From Nemertoderma westbladi (Eukaryota > Animalia > Xenacoelomorpha): DNA of 45,362 bases. Numbering within the stretch: the stretch's first letter is position 1; each line of letters opens with the position of its first letter. This document shows, one piece after another, positions 33,689 through 45,362 of the stretch. The DNA lies in assembly GCA_032718475.1 (NCBI GenBank), contig JAUCBJ010000079.1:1-45362 (forward strand), in the 5' to 3' direction. A program made the position numbers and the translations under genes. Below the pieces are notes generated by a model. That model made no database searches. It saw only the letters and a program-made list of their open reading frames with translations, and had not been told where the DNA came from.

Positions 33689-36600
33689 ATGGCAGAGAGG
33701 AACACACGCACAAGTTCAACTGAACCGAATATTGCGCCAGAGCAACGCGACATAGATAGTCGTTCATCTTTAATGAATTCCGAGCCTTCGCAGTTCGCAG
33801 GATTTTCTTCTCCTTTCATTGAGGAATTTCCGGAACCTTCAGAAATTAACCATTTGTTAAATCTTCGGGAAAGCCCTCCTGTAGGAGTACAAACGCCTAA
33901 CTCTGATTCTCAAAATGGAATTCACCCTATATGGGAACCAACCCCAGGCAGAATTACAGCACAAACGTCGACAGTCTGGAGCACTGAGGCACATGCACCT
34001 TCAGTTAGCCTAAGTTTGAACGAAAACTCCAATGTGTCTTTTCCGAATATCCCAAATGGAAACCTAGGTAATATAGAACAACTCGTTCGAAATAGTTCCA
34101 GGAATATATATCCATGGTGTGTATCTTCACCCACATATAATTCAGGATGGGATAATTTAGTTTATCAACAACACCAGAACCCTCAATTAAGATCTCAGCC
34201 TGAAGTTCATATTCCCCTGGTAGGCCTACTGACACATCCGCATTCCGACAATTTAGCCCCAGTATATTCGTCGGGAACACCAGTTGTAAGGCCCAGAACC
34301 CCGACACTATATTCTTCTGTGCCAAACGAGAAATTCCACACTCCAGGTGTTAGGACTGATACCATAGCTCAACAATCAAATGTAGTCAGTTTTTCTCCGT
34401 CCCACTGCAATATGCCTACTGCTACCGGTCCACTGTGGTATGAAACAGCAGAATGCATGAGCTATAAGGATGTTGTTTCCGTTTCCAAGGTTACAAATAA
34501 CCCATCAGCTGATTTGAATAATGTGGGGAATCTTGAGGGCCGATCAGCGAAACAACACTTCCTTCAAATTATTAATGAAATTTATGGTTTAAATGAGTGC
34601 CACAAAGAGAGCATGACATCAGGATGTCATAATTCAATAATCAAGGCTCAATTAGAGCAGTTTGTAAGGCTGGAGATATCTTTAGAAAAATCTTACAGTA
34701 ATGCAATAGCAGAGTGTTTGGCAGCACCTGAGAGTCATAGAAATCCTGAAGATAGCCCCGCATTTCTAACCAAACTTGCACAGCAAACAATGGACGCATG
34801 TGAAACAGCGCTAAAAAACGTCAATGCAAGACTGGAGAATTTGAAATTACATTCTCGACAATGTTCGGATTCGGAGGATGCAAAATGGTTGAAAGGTGAC
34901 CTTCAAACCAATTTCAATAATCGTAAATATAATCAAGAACCATCAATACATTATGAAGAAAGAGCATATAGGAACTCCAACATAGTACGGCCACCAGTAC
35001 ACAATCAAATGGAGTCCCCTACTTATTACTGGAACCATAATAATGGCCCCAGAGGATGGCAACGGGCAAATTATAATCAAACCAGTAGGGGTGGAAGAAG
35101 TTCTGTAGATAATCGAGCAAAATTTGGGTTACCAGCAAATAATTATCAAGAAGTTAAGGCACCAGTGCGTCAACATACAGCCTACAATAATCAAACCCAA
35201 AGACCAAATTATAATACAAACGCAGGATTTGATCCATACCAAAGAGAACCAAACCCTAGGCTAGATGTAAGAACACAAAGGTATCACCCAACAATGCTGC
35301 CCAACTCAAGTAATGGCCCATTAGATGTATGTCGAGGAAATAGCGAGCAAGATTCCTCCTAAGTTTCATGATAGGTGGTTAAGAGAGGTTGACAGAAGGG
35401 AGAAATTAGGAGAGTATCCGAGTATGGTTGATTTTGCTGATTGGATTCGCAAGGAAGCCCGCGTAATTAATTCATCTTCCGCTAAGTCATATAGGTCGAA
35501 GACAGAAAACTCATCCTCATATGCCAAAGATTCTTCAAAACGAAGTTCCAAAGATTCTTCCAGCACAAAAAAGCTGTCAATTTTGGCAACAGGAATTAAT
35601 AAAGATGAGGTTGTTGTAAAGAAATCAACAGTCAAATATAAATGCATTTTGTGCAAAACACAAGAACATGAAATACTAGAATGCCCAACTCATTCAAAAT
35701 TGTCGCCAACAGAAAGAAGGAATCTAATTGCAAAACAAGGTCGTTGTTTTCGGTGCTTATGCAAAGGACATGGATATGACAATTGTAGATGGCGTTGGGG
35801 CTGTAAAAAATGTGGAAGTATAGCACATCATGTCTTTATTCACGGAGCTGCACCCGCAGAAATGAAAGGAGACACAAAAATACATGTGCAGGGTGTTAAT
35901 TATTCGGAAATAAGTGATGAAGTCAATGAATTAGATGAAGAGCTAAACGTTGTACAATATGATTCACGCAGTGATGATGAGTTGGAGACAGCTGTATTTT
36001 CAACACTTCTCCATAATCACTGTCAAGATAAGGTCTTGTTACGAATTGTTCCTGTGTTGTTGCATGGAAGTGGCCAGTGTACTATCTCAACTTTAGCTCT
36101 TCTTGACAATGCATCTGAAGGAAGCTTTATTGATCAACATGTTGGTGAAAAACTAGGATTATCAGGGAAGGAGCAAAAGCTAAAGGTGAAGACTGTTAAT
36201 GATCCTGCTGGTCATAGTGTTACATTGAAAAGAGTTGCATTTAGAGTCCAGTCTACTTCGTCAGTTGATTATCCTTATAGCCAAATCATGAGAAGTGTTT
36301 TCATGGTACCTGAATTAAACATACACTATTATAAGGATGGTAGGAAGCAATGGCAATCATCTCCAGTTCTATCACGCTTACAATATCCAAACTTTGATGT
36401 AGATATTCCAAGGGTTACAGTGCTTATTGGGCAGGACAATTCGCAATGTCTCAGAGAATGTGATTCGTATTATCCATCAGAATCAGATTGTATTCCACAT
36501 GCTATTAAATCTGTTTTTGGATGGACTATTGAAGGACCATTACCATCCTACATCGACAATTCCGATAAATTAGACTTCTTAACACGTAATGTTAACTTTG

Positions 36601-39600
36601 CTAATGTCGATTTCCTGTTTTTGGATAAAAATGAATCAGAAGCCCTCTGTGAAAACTTGGTTGATCACTACTTTCATTTGGAAACAGAAGGACTTACATC
36701 CCAAAAGGAAGGTCTGTCTGTGGAAGATGTTAGGTCTCAGGAGATACTGGATAGTACAGGAAAATTGTTGGACAATAATCATTACCAGGTTGGATTATTG
36801 TGGAAGGATAAGTCCCAGCCTTTGATTAACAATAGGTGTCTGGCAGAGAAAAGACTTCAACAGCTCAAGATAAGGTTAAATAAATTTCCTGCTTTTCACA
36901 AGTTATACCAAGACAAGATTAACCATTATTTGAATAAGGGGTATGCAAAGAAGCTATCTAAAGATGAAGCTGTTGAAAATGAAAGATCTTATTATCTACC
37001 CACACACTTTGTAGAGTGTCCACACAAACCAGGAAAAATTCGGGTTGTACATGATGCTAAGGCTACTTATCGTGGGATGTCGTTAAATAGGCTATTGATG
37101 GATGGGCCAAATATTTACAATACTATCGTTGGAGTGCTAATTCGTTTCCGCCAACATCAAGTTGCATTTGCTGCCGATATCACCGAAATGTTCTACCAGG
37201 TACACACTTCGCCAGAAGATTCGGAATCCTTACGCATACTTTGGTATGAAGGAAATGAAGACCCTGGTCCACAAACTAAAACTATGATGTATTGAAAATG
37301 TTGGTATGGCCATTTGGAATTCGCCCAGCTCCATGTGCATCAACATATATCTTACGAAGATGTGGTAGAGACAACATGCATCAGTTTTCTCCTCAAGTTC
37401 TACAGACAATTGAAAGAGATTTTTATATAGATGACCTATTAAAATCAGTTAAACAGGTGAAAGAGGCTGTAAACCTTGCTCTGGAGGTAATTGAGTGTTT
37501 AAAGCTGGGAGGATTTGAACTATGTAAATTCACAAGCAACAGCAAAGAATTCCTGAGGCATATTTCATCTGAAAAACGGGCACATCAAAATGTAGATCTG
37601 GATATGGAAGACTTGCCTATCTCTCGAGCTTTAGGAATTTACTGGAATGTAGAAGCAGATATGTTAGGTTTTAAGAGTGTCATGAAAACAGCGCAATCTA
37701 CTACCAAACGGGGTTGTTTGTCTGTCCTGAACTCGGTTTATGACCCTTTAGGTTTTATTGGCCCAGTAACTCTGGTTGGGAAATTGCTCTTGAAAGAAAT
37801 GTGGCTAGAGGGCTTTTCATGGGACCAACCTATCTCAGATAAATTAGATACTCGTTGGAATAATTGGGTTTCCCAGTTGCAACACCTATCTAAACTTCAA
37901 ATCCCCAGGGCATATTTTACTAACTCACATGAAGATGGTATATATGAACTGCATACTTTCTGCGATGCTTCTAATAATGGCTATGGTGCAGTTATGTATT
38001 TAAGGAAATCTTGGGTAACAGATGGTTGCACAAATGTAGACTCATGTTTTCTTATTTCAAAAAACAGAGCATCTCCTGCAAATCCAGTAACTATACCAAG
38101 AATGGAACTTCTTGGTGCCTTAATGGCAGTAAGGCTGCATAATCAAATAAAGGATGAACTCGATATAGACATCAGGGAGTCCCATTTTTGGACTGACTCT
38201 GAAACTGTCTTGAAATATTTAGCGAATCCAAGCAAACGTTTCAAGGTATTTGTATCTACTCGTCTTTTTGAGATCCGTGAAAGTACCACTATTGAACAGT
38301 GGCATCATTGCAGTGGTTCAGATAACCCCGCAGATGATTTGAGCAGAGGCATCTCAGTAGACAAGTTAGTAAACAATGAACATTGGCTCAAAGGGCCGAG
38401 CTGGATGCTAGTAGATAAAAGTTGGTATGATCTGGATGGGGTATCTGTTGATGTCCATGCTACAGAGATTGAAAAGGATGATAAGATCGATCCTCTAACC
38501 AAGATTACAGATTATTTTTCAGAATGGTTCCCCATTGTTAACACAGTAGCTTGGCTATTACGAATAAGAGGGTATCTCAGAGCTAGGATAAAGGGGGGCC
38601 CGACCTCCCAATTCCAGAATTCCTTGCAGGTTCAGGATATTCAGGAGGCAGAATGTCTTACTTTGAAACATGTTCAGAGGGCATACTTCCCAGAGGAATT
38701 ACAACATCTAGCAAAGGGAAATTCAGTTAGAAATAAAAGCACACTTTATAAATATTCTCCATTCCTCGATAATAAAGGACTCATTCGTCAAGGCTCCCGT
38801 TTGACTGAATCTAATTTAGATTATGATGCCAAATATCCTATTATAATACCAAAGAACTTACATGTCGGTCGCGTTATCATACGTGAGGCTCACATCCAAG
38901 CAGCGCACAGAGGGTTAGATCATGTTCTGACTGAAGTACGAAAAAGGTTCTGCATTCTTGGAGACAGACCAACAGCAAGGAGAATTTGCAACAGCTGTAT
39001 AACATGTAAGAAGATAGATGCTGTAAAAGCAAGACAAATAATGGCACCCTTACCAGAAGATCGAGTCACATTCGGCCCACCATTTTCAGTAGTTGGGGTT
39101 GATTATTTTGGACCCATCTCTGTAAGACAGGGTAGAAACTATATAAAGCACTGGGGTGTAGTTTTTATTTGTATGAAAACTTTGGCAGTGTACTTGGATG
39201 TCGTGGATTCTTGTAACAAATGGGCATGTCTCAATATATTGCGCAGGTTTTGTAGCCGACATGGACAGGTGCGAAAGATAATATCAGATAATGGGACCTG
39301 CTTTAAGGGGGCTGATACAGAACTGAAAGCCTTAGTGAAGAAGTGGCAAGGTCTGGAAGTACAGCAGTACGCATTAAAAAGAAATCTAGAATGGAAATTT
39401 CAACCTCCAACAGCAGCCCATATGTCTGGAATTTGGGAAAGAATGGTGCGATCTGTCTAGAGGGCATTGGCTGTGAGTGTCAATAGCCAAAAGTTATCTT
39501 ACGATGTTTTGAGAACATCACTTTGTGAAATAGAAGGTATCCTAAATAATCGACCTTTGTGTGGGGTGTCAGATGAACCACAGAGTGCTGAACCACTTAC

Positions 39601-39979
39601 ACCTAGTCACTTTATTGGACCAAACACAATGGATGAGTATCCAGATGAGGAATTTACAGAGATCGATTTACTGAAGAGAAACTCATTTCGCAAAGCTCAA
39701 GCGTTGTCAAAGAAATTCAAAAGGAGATGGATGACAGAATTTCTTCCAACTTTACGCAGCCGCCAGAAGTGGTTGAAACCTCAGCCAAACTTAGGGATAA
39801 ATGATTTAGTGCTTATTATTGATGAATCCATTGCTAAATGTGTCTGGCGAATGGGTCGAGTTGACAAAGTGTTCCCAGGAAGTGACGGCTATGTTAGGGT
39901 AGTCAATGTGAAGGTAAAAGATGGCAAAGTACTAAAACGTCCTGTCACAAAGCTGTGCCTTATTGACAAAGCACTATAA
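33689..39979 (+). pseudogene. gag-pol: gag-pol polyprotein of element C, broken by a frameshift/deletion at ~35325-35362, a frameshift at ~37290 and a TAG at 39458-39460
   Basis: Triple knuckle, ALLDNAS protease, RT FAADITEMF/WPFG/FYIDD, RNase H FCDAS/IPRMEL/WTDS/NPADDLSRG, integrase HHCC plus VDYFGP/SDNG/GIWER, and C-terminal RPVTKL. Confidence 0.95.
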
Positions 39980-40163
39980 GTCACAAATCATACATCACAT
40001 AAACTCAATATTATGTAGTGTAGTGTGTAATGAAAGCATATACTGTACTATATGTTAGGCGAATAATATTTATACTGTACAACTTATATACTGTAGGTCT
40101 ATATTTTGTCATTCACTCATATCTTAACTTAAGAATAAGAATAGTGATCCTTTGCCAAAGGTA

Positions 40164-41102
40164 ATGGATCTCAACAACAACTGTGGACCACCTTGTGGCA
40201 ATGAGGATAATTACTATCTTCGGAGTCCAAACTGGAAAGTATTTTTGGGATACCCTTCCAGTCCGGGAACACCAGGTATTCGAGACGAAAATGATGATCC
40301 TGTGGTGATTGACCTTTTACCCACTGAAGAGGAGAGAGAGATTTTGGGGTCTCTACCACTTCCGCTACCACCACCGATACAGCGAGAGGAACAAATAAGA
40401 AAAAATCCCGGAGATCTCTATTGGCGATTAAACCAGGAGCCATACAAAGCGCGATACATTGCAACATATGATAATTGGTATCAAACACCTTTTGCGAGGC
40501 CTCCAGAAATACCTATTTCGATTGGATATATTGTATTGTCAAAGCAAGCTACTCCTGGTTGCTTTTCATGCGGACTGGCCACTTGTCCGATTGCCCAGAC
40601 ACGGTGGGTGGAGAAGCTGGGTCCTCGCAAATGTCAGCTACGCAAAGCATTCGCATATTGCGAATACTGTGGTATAGCAGGATCGCACCTTATACATACC
40701 TGCCCTCAACTTCTTAACCGCTGTGTTAAATGCGGGTGTCGTGGACATGGACTGCATGAATGCACCTACCAGGAGAGTGAAATGAAGAAGTATCTTATGA
40801 AGTTCGAACAAGCGGCTTGCATTAGCTCTGTGCTAATAAACCGTAATAAAAGATACGATTGCGATCCATTGGCGATAGCTTTAGGTTTTTTTCCTATTCC
40901 ATTTCGGATGAAGTGCGACGGAACACTCAAGAACCGGGAATTTACCTATGATGATTTGGTGGGGGCTTCACTCCATAAGTCAGTATCTTATGTGCTGAAC
41001 TTCCTAAATCGTTTTGGGAGGGAACCACAGGGGCATCACATGCTCTTAGAAATACTGCAGTCTCGCAATTGCAAGGGCTGCAAACTCTGCCAGCCTACTT
41101 AA
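40164..41102 (+). CDS. Intact accessory ORF of element C: Pro-rich N-terminus and Cys/His zinc-knuckle module, homologous to the module in ORF 1-2171
   Basis: WYQTP...CFSC...C...YCEYCGIAGSHLIHTCPQLLNRCVKCGCRGHGLHEC...KYLMKFEQAA...GFFP. First ATG at 40164, ~185 bp after the pol stop. Confidence 0.8.
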   Translation: MDLNNNCGPPCGNEDNYYLRSPNWKVFLGYPSSPGTPGIRDENDDPVVIDLLPTEEEREILGSLPLPLPPPIQREEQIRKNPGDLYWRLNQEPYKARYIATYDNWYQTPFARPPEIPISIGYIVLSKQATPGCFSCGLATCPIAQTRWVEKLGPRKCQLRKAFAYCEYCGIAGSHLIHTCPQLLNRCVKCGCRGHGLHECTYQESEMKKYLMKFEQAACISSVLINRNKRYDCDPLAIALGFFPIPFRMKCDGTLKNREFTYDDLVGASLHKSVSYVLNFLNRFGREPQGHHMLLEILQSRNCKGCKLCQPT

Positions 41103-41479
41103 GAAAATAATTGACTCTGGAAACTTTAAATATTTCAGCTTAGTATGTACGTATATGGTGGATGGAGATAAACATTGAGATAATATTGTATTCTTTGTGT
41201 ATAATTGTAATAACTATTGCGTATCTATACTGTGTATCTATATCTGTGTATCTATCTGTCTATACTGTGTATCATATAAACTATCAATTACATTAATTTG
41301 TGCATCATCATATAAACTATTAATTTGTCAGGCCGTAATGAATTGATGATATTTGGTTTTACTGTATACTGTACCTGGTTTTACTATCTAAATGATATTG
41401 TTAGTGTTGTTTATATATATTTTTTGCAATCTACAACCGCCTTGTTATAATATTATATATAATATATTATAATATATTA

Positions 41480-43626
41480 TATACCCCATTAAACTTTTGT
41501 GGTTCCATTTTTGGTAATGACATCATTGTATTTAGTCGCTCAATAGCAGAAATATTTAATGCATTACACATTTGAAAGGCTGATATAAGTTCAGAATTTT
41601 GATTACTAGCTGTTCCAGAATGGTTTGGTGTTCTATTAATAAATCCGTCTGACACACTTTGACTTGCTGTCTGAGGAATAAATGGCGGATTTACTAAACC
41701 ATCCATTCTGTGAACAGAACTGTTTCTATACAAATCATGATAGTACATACTGTTATTCTGCAGCAATCTATCTATGCCTCCAGCATTATTTTCAGACACT
41801 GCATGGGTAGGACCTCTGTTAATACCATATTGACCCTGCACTAGAGGATTATTGCAGAGACGAGCCGCATCAGTACTAATTTGAGTCTGTGTTGTATTAT
41901 AACCATAACCCACATTATAGGTTTGATTATAGACATTATATTGTGATGTTGTAGCTCTTTCACCATTTGGAGGCAATGACTGCTCTAAATTATTACTTGA
42001 ATTTATTGGCAGTACTGCCCTTATCTGAATGAGGAGTACTGTGTAATGCGTTAAATATTGAATTTGAGTTTCTAGGACTGTATAAAGGTGCCTCAGAACA
42101 TTTAACACTCATTATACTGCTGCGTAATGGTTCATTTAGGTGATCTAATATAGACCTAGGTACAGGTAGATCATTATATCCAGATCCATGATTCAAATTC
42201 ACATTAATATCTGAATATATAGGCCTACTGGTATCAGTATAATGATTTGTATATAAAGAATGAGTTACAGATGGTATTGGTCTAAAGGAATTAACAGCAC
42301 TAGAGACCTGAACATGAGGAAAGTAATTATTATCTTCAGTATAATTGGAAGTAGTGGTACTAGTATATGTATTAGTATGACATATCTGCGAATGAGGAAT
42401 ATACTCTTCTGCATTAGGGCTTAAAATAGGCCTATCGCAGTTTGATTGCCTAACCCTATGCACATCATTAGTATTTAAACCTAACTCTGGTGCAGGTTCC
42501 TCAAAAATGTCACTAATACCGGTACATATAGGTAAATTAAAATTGACATTTCTTGGCCTACAAACATTGACATCCCATAATGGATCAGGCCTAACGTTAT
42601 CTATAAAGGTAAGGTGGAAGTATTTTCATTTATACCCCTTTCAAGTCTTGCTTCCGGTATATCACCTTCACCTAGTCCAAGGGCAATGTCAGTGTGTGAG
42701 TGTTGTTGCTGTTGCAGGAATACATTATCTTTTCCTAGCACCAAGATCCTACCTCACTGCCTGAACCTCTGTTAGAGCCGCGCTGTTCTTGTAACCAGGT
42801 GTCATCTTCTATTGCAATTTGACTATCCAAATCTGCCGATTCCACCTCGTTTTTTGCCCGTTCTAACTTCAATTGACGGTCCAGGGCAGCCTGTTTTAAT
42901 TCAAGCCCTGATACATTTTCAAGTTGCTTGCTTGTATTGTAATTCTTTGCGCCTTTTTTCAGCAATAGCCTTTTGCGCTTTTGGTATGATTGTTTCCCTG
43001 GATGTTGTGGTTAAGGAATCTTTATGAGAAATTGATTTTCCTTCCGAACTGCCTTCATTTAATGGCAGGTCATCGGAATTAAAGCCTAAATTGGCCTGTT
43101 TAAATTGTTCTAAAGCCATTTCTATTTTGTTTAACTTTCCTTTTAAATCGCTATATTATACTATTTTAAATTCCGATTTAAATTTTTGGGATTGTTGAAA
43201 ATCGCCCATTCTCTCAACTTCATCTATCACCTTAATATATAAACTGTGAATTGTTTCTATTATTGCCACTGCTTTTTTGTGTCTTTCTAAAATCAATGAA
43301 AATGTAACATTTCTTTCGTTGGAATCCTTCCAAAACAAGTTGTAATTTCGGGTGAAATGAGCCCTGTGTCCACCAATGGTGGCCCTAAAAGCTCTACTAT
43401 TTATGGGAGCAGACGGATGATTTTCAACATTCTGAATAGATCCAGCTCCAGCCAGGTTGAGCCTATCACTAAGACTGTCTGGAGTGGATGGCGAAGTAGG
43501 CCTTTGAGATTCTATGTCTGTAGAATCATTCCCTTCCCGTGAGGGAAAGGCTACATAATTATTTTTATCTACTTCATTAGGATTTGTGGAACTGGTAAAA
43601 TCACTACTACCGGTTCCTGTAGCCAT
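41480..43626 (-). pseudogene. BEL/Pao element D: degraded N-terminal gag
   Basis: A chain of minus-strand ORFs ending at LPKMEPQKFNG (start of a DUF1759-like domain), which would continue at 32472. Several stops and frameshifts. Confidence 0.7.
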
Positions 43627-44176
43627 TATGATTGACTATAAGTAGTAGGCCCACAGGCAGACAGGTATCAGGGTATAAGTACTTGTTACTGTATTAAAAA
43701 TTACACAAAAAAAGTTTTTGTGAGTGGTACTTTAGGGCATTAGGGCTAGTTGGTTAGTCTCAAGCCTAAACCTAGCCTAGCCTACCTTAGTAGACAAACA
43801 AAGCACCGGAGTAGAAATATATATATATATACCGGTAATGAAAGACTGACAGAGGGTTTGCTTGTAGATACACACAATAAAAGGTACCGCACCGATTAAC
43901 ACTTACCAGCTTACCGTCTTATAAGGTTCTCCCAGCCCACAGCATGTAACAATAAGTTATATTAATTACTTAATGCAGCAATTCCTTCATCATATAATAC
44001 AGATAATACTGATATACACTTTCAGGCATTACATGTTACAGCGTTATATATGATCAGTCGATATCAAGGCCTAGGTTACCGGTACATATCTAATACCGAA
44101 CTCTAGATTGTTAACCGGTCCCCTCCACCAAGTCACAGGGCATGGCCTCTTATAAATACTAGTATAATATCACACA

Positions 44177-45362
44177 TCTCCTCCCTAGATATTTGACTCT
44201 ATAAAGTATATAAATCGAGTTATAATAAACATCTGTAAATAATCAAATATCTAAACAATAATTGAGGGAAGGAGAAAAAAAAAATGAAAAACTAAAATTT
44301 TCCATTCCGTCTTCCATTGCTTAATATCATTTTCGTAGAAATCCAACTAATTTCATTTTCATGGTTGTACATTAAGCCTGTTTGGTTGTCTCCTGTTACG
44401 CTGACTTCTTCTCAACGGTAATGGAGTACCGGTAGTTTCATCTGGTGGTGCAGTGTGAGTTTCTGATTTAACAACCTGCTTATTATCTTCTTTGGACAAG
44501 CACGGTCTAAGGAAATGGCGGTTTCGCCATATCACACCACCAGATAGTAGTTTTATGGTATAATCACAGTGTTCCCCCACAAATATAACCTGTCCAGATT
44601 TGTCCCATTTCTTTGTAGATGGGTTTTGAATCATAACAGTAGACCCTGATTTGATCGGATTTAATTGTCTGGTAGAACGATTATAATAGTTTTCTGATTT
44701 ATAAAACTCAGCTGTTCGTTTATCATCTACATCGGATGCTAATTTCTGCCATGCAGGAGCAAACGATCGTGGGTGAGCTGGAACTTTGGATCTCAAATTA
44801 CATCCAAAAACATATTGCGCAGGTGAGCGACCCTCAACACGAGGTGTGTTTCTCAACTCTAATAAACCATTTAAAAATCCTTCAGATTTAATATTTCCAT
44901 TATGTTTCATGACAAGGTGTTTGAGAACTTTCACAGTAGCCTCAGCATGGCCATTAGATTTCGGATAGTAGGGAGATGACGGAACCCATTGAACTCCCCA
45001 CCTTGAGAGGAAGTCCTGAAACTCTTCAGACCTGAATTGAGGTCCTCCATCTGAGCGCAATACTACTGGAACCCCGGTTTGTACAAAAAAATGTTGTAAT
45101 GCAGCAGAAACTTGATCTGAGTTAGGATCTTGGGCCCATTTGGCCAGAAAGGGAAATCCTGATAATCGATCTGCATATGCTAGATATTTATTTCCTGCAA
45201 AACTAAATAGATCTGCAGATACAACTTCGAAGACTCATGTTGGTAATGGATCTGCTGCTAAGGGTTCTGTAGGGTTACTGGGTCGGTGTAACAAACATTC
45301 TTCACAATCTTCTACAGCCTGTGTTAAATCATTTGACATTCCAGGCCAAAATAATATGTCTC
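44177..45362 (-). mobile_element. 3' portion of a Ty3/Gypsy (Mag-like) retrotransposon: integrase with an in-frame stop at 45235-45237, and PPT. Its 3' LTR starts at 44176 and runs left (far end not resolved).
   Basis: FWPGM..C..C, ADLF, RSDGGPQF, SSPYYPKSNGHAE and RNRHFL motifs. Minus-strand PPT AGGGAGGAGA (44177-44186) is followed by TGTGTGA. Confidence 0.9.

Larger units (their letters stand above)
32473..41450 (+). mobile_element. BEL/Pao LTR retrotransposon C (5' LTR, gag-pol, accessory ORF; 3' LTR missing), defective
   Basis: Starts TGTAGG exactly where the gag of D breaks. Complete PR-RT-RH-IN order. Confidence 0.9.

Noticed and set aside
40152-41102. env gene
   Set aside because: No signal peptide, fusion peptide or transmembrane anchor; the Cys residues follow zinc-knuckle spacing.
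43719-44176. Exact extent of the Gypsy 3' LTR, or a 5' LTR for element D
   Set aside because: Several TG candidates (43719, 43863, 43945) and no second LTR or TSD in the window to decide between them.

Overview
AT-rich eukaryotic (probably invertebrate) genomic DNA made almost entirely of nested transposable elements. It holds four BEL/Pao LTR retrotransposons: A = 3' end at 1-4603; B = complete but non-autonomous at 13532-28628, with a 5-bp TSD, inserted into a B-type lectin exon; C = 32473-~41450; D = a degraded host split by C. There are also a 5'-truncated RTE-group LINE, a Gypsy 3' end, several non-autonomous DNA transposons, a 31-bp satellite and two intronless virus-like ORFs. Two signals stand out. 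(1) The BEL/Pao elements carry an accessory ORF between pol and the 3' LTR that is not env. In element A it encodes a WRN/RNase D-type DEDDy 3'-5' exonuclease fused to a Cys/His zinc-knuckle module, and element C has a homologous zinc module with identical spacing. (2) Elements B and C have no recognisable tRNA primer-binding site. Instead, the 12-14 nt after the 5' LTR are perfectly complementary to a site inside their own LTR, suggesting Tf1-like self-priming. All family assignments come from motifs recognised by eye; no database searches were run.
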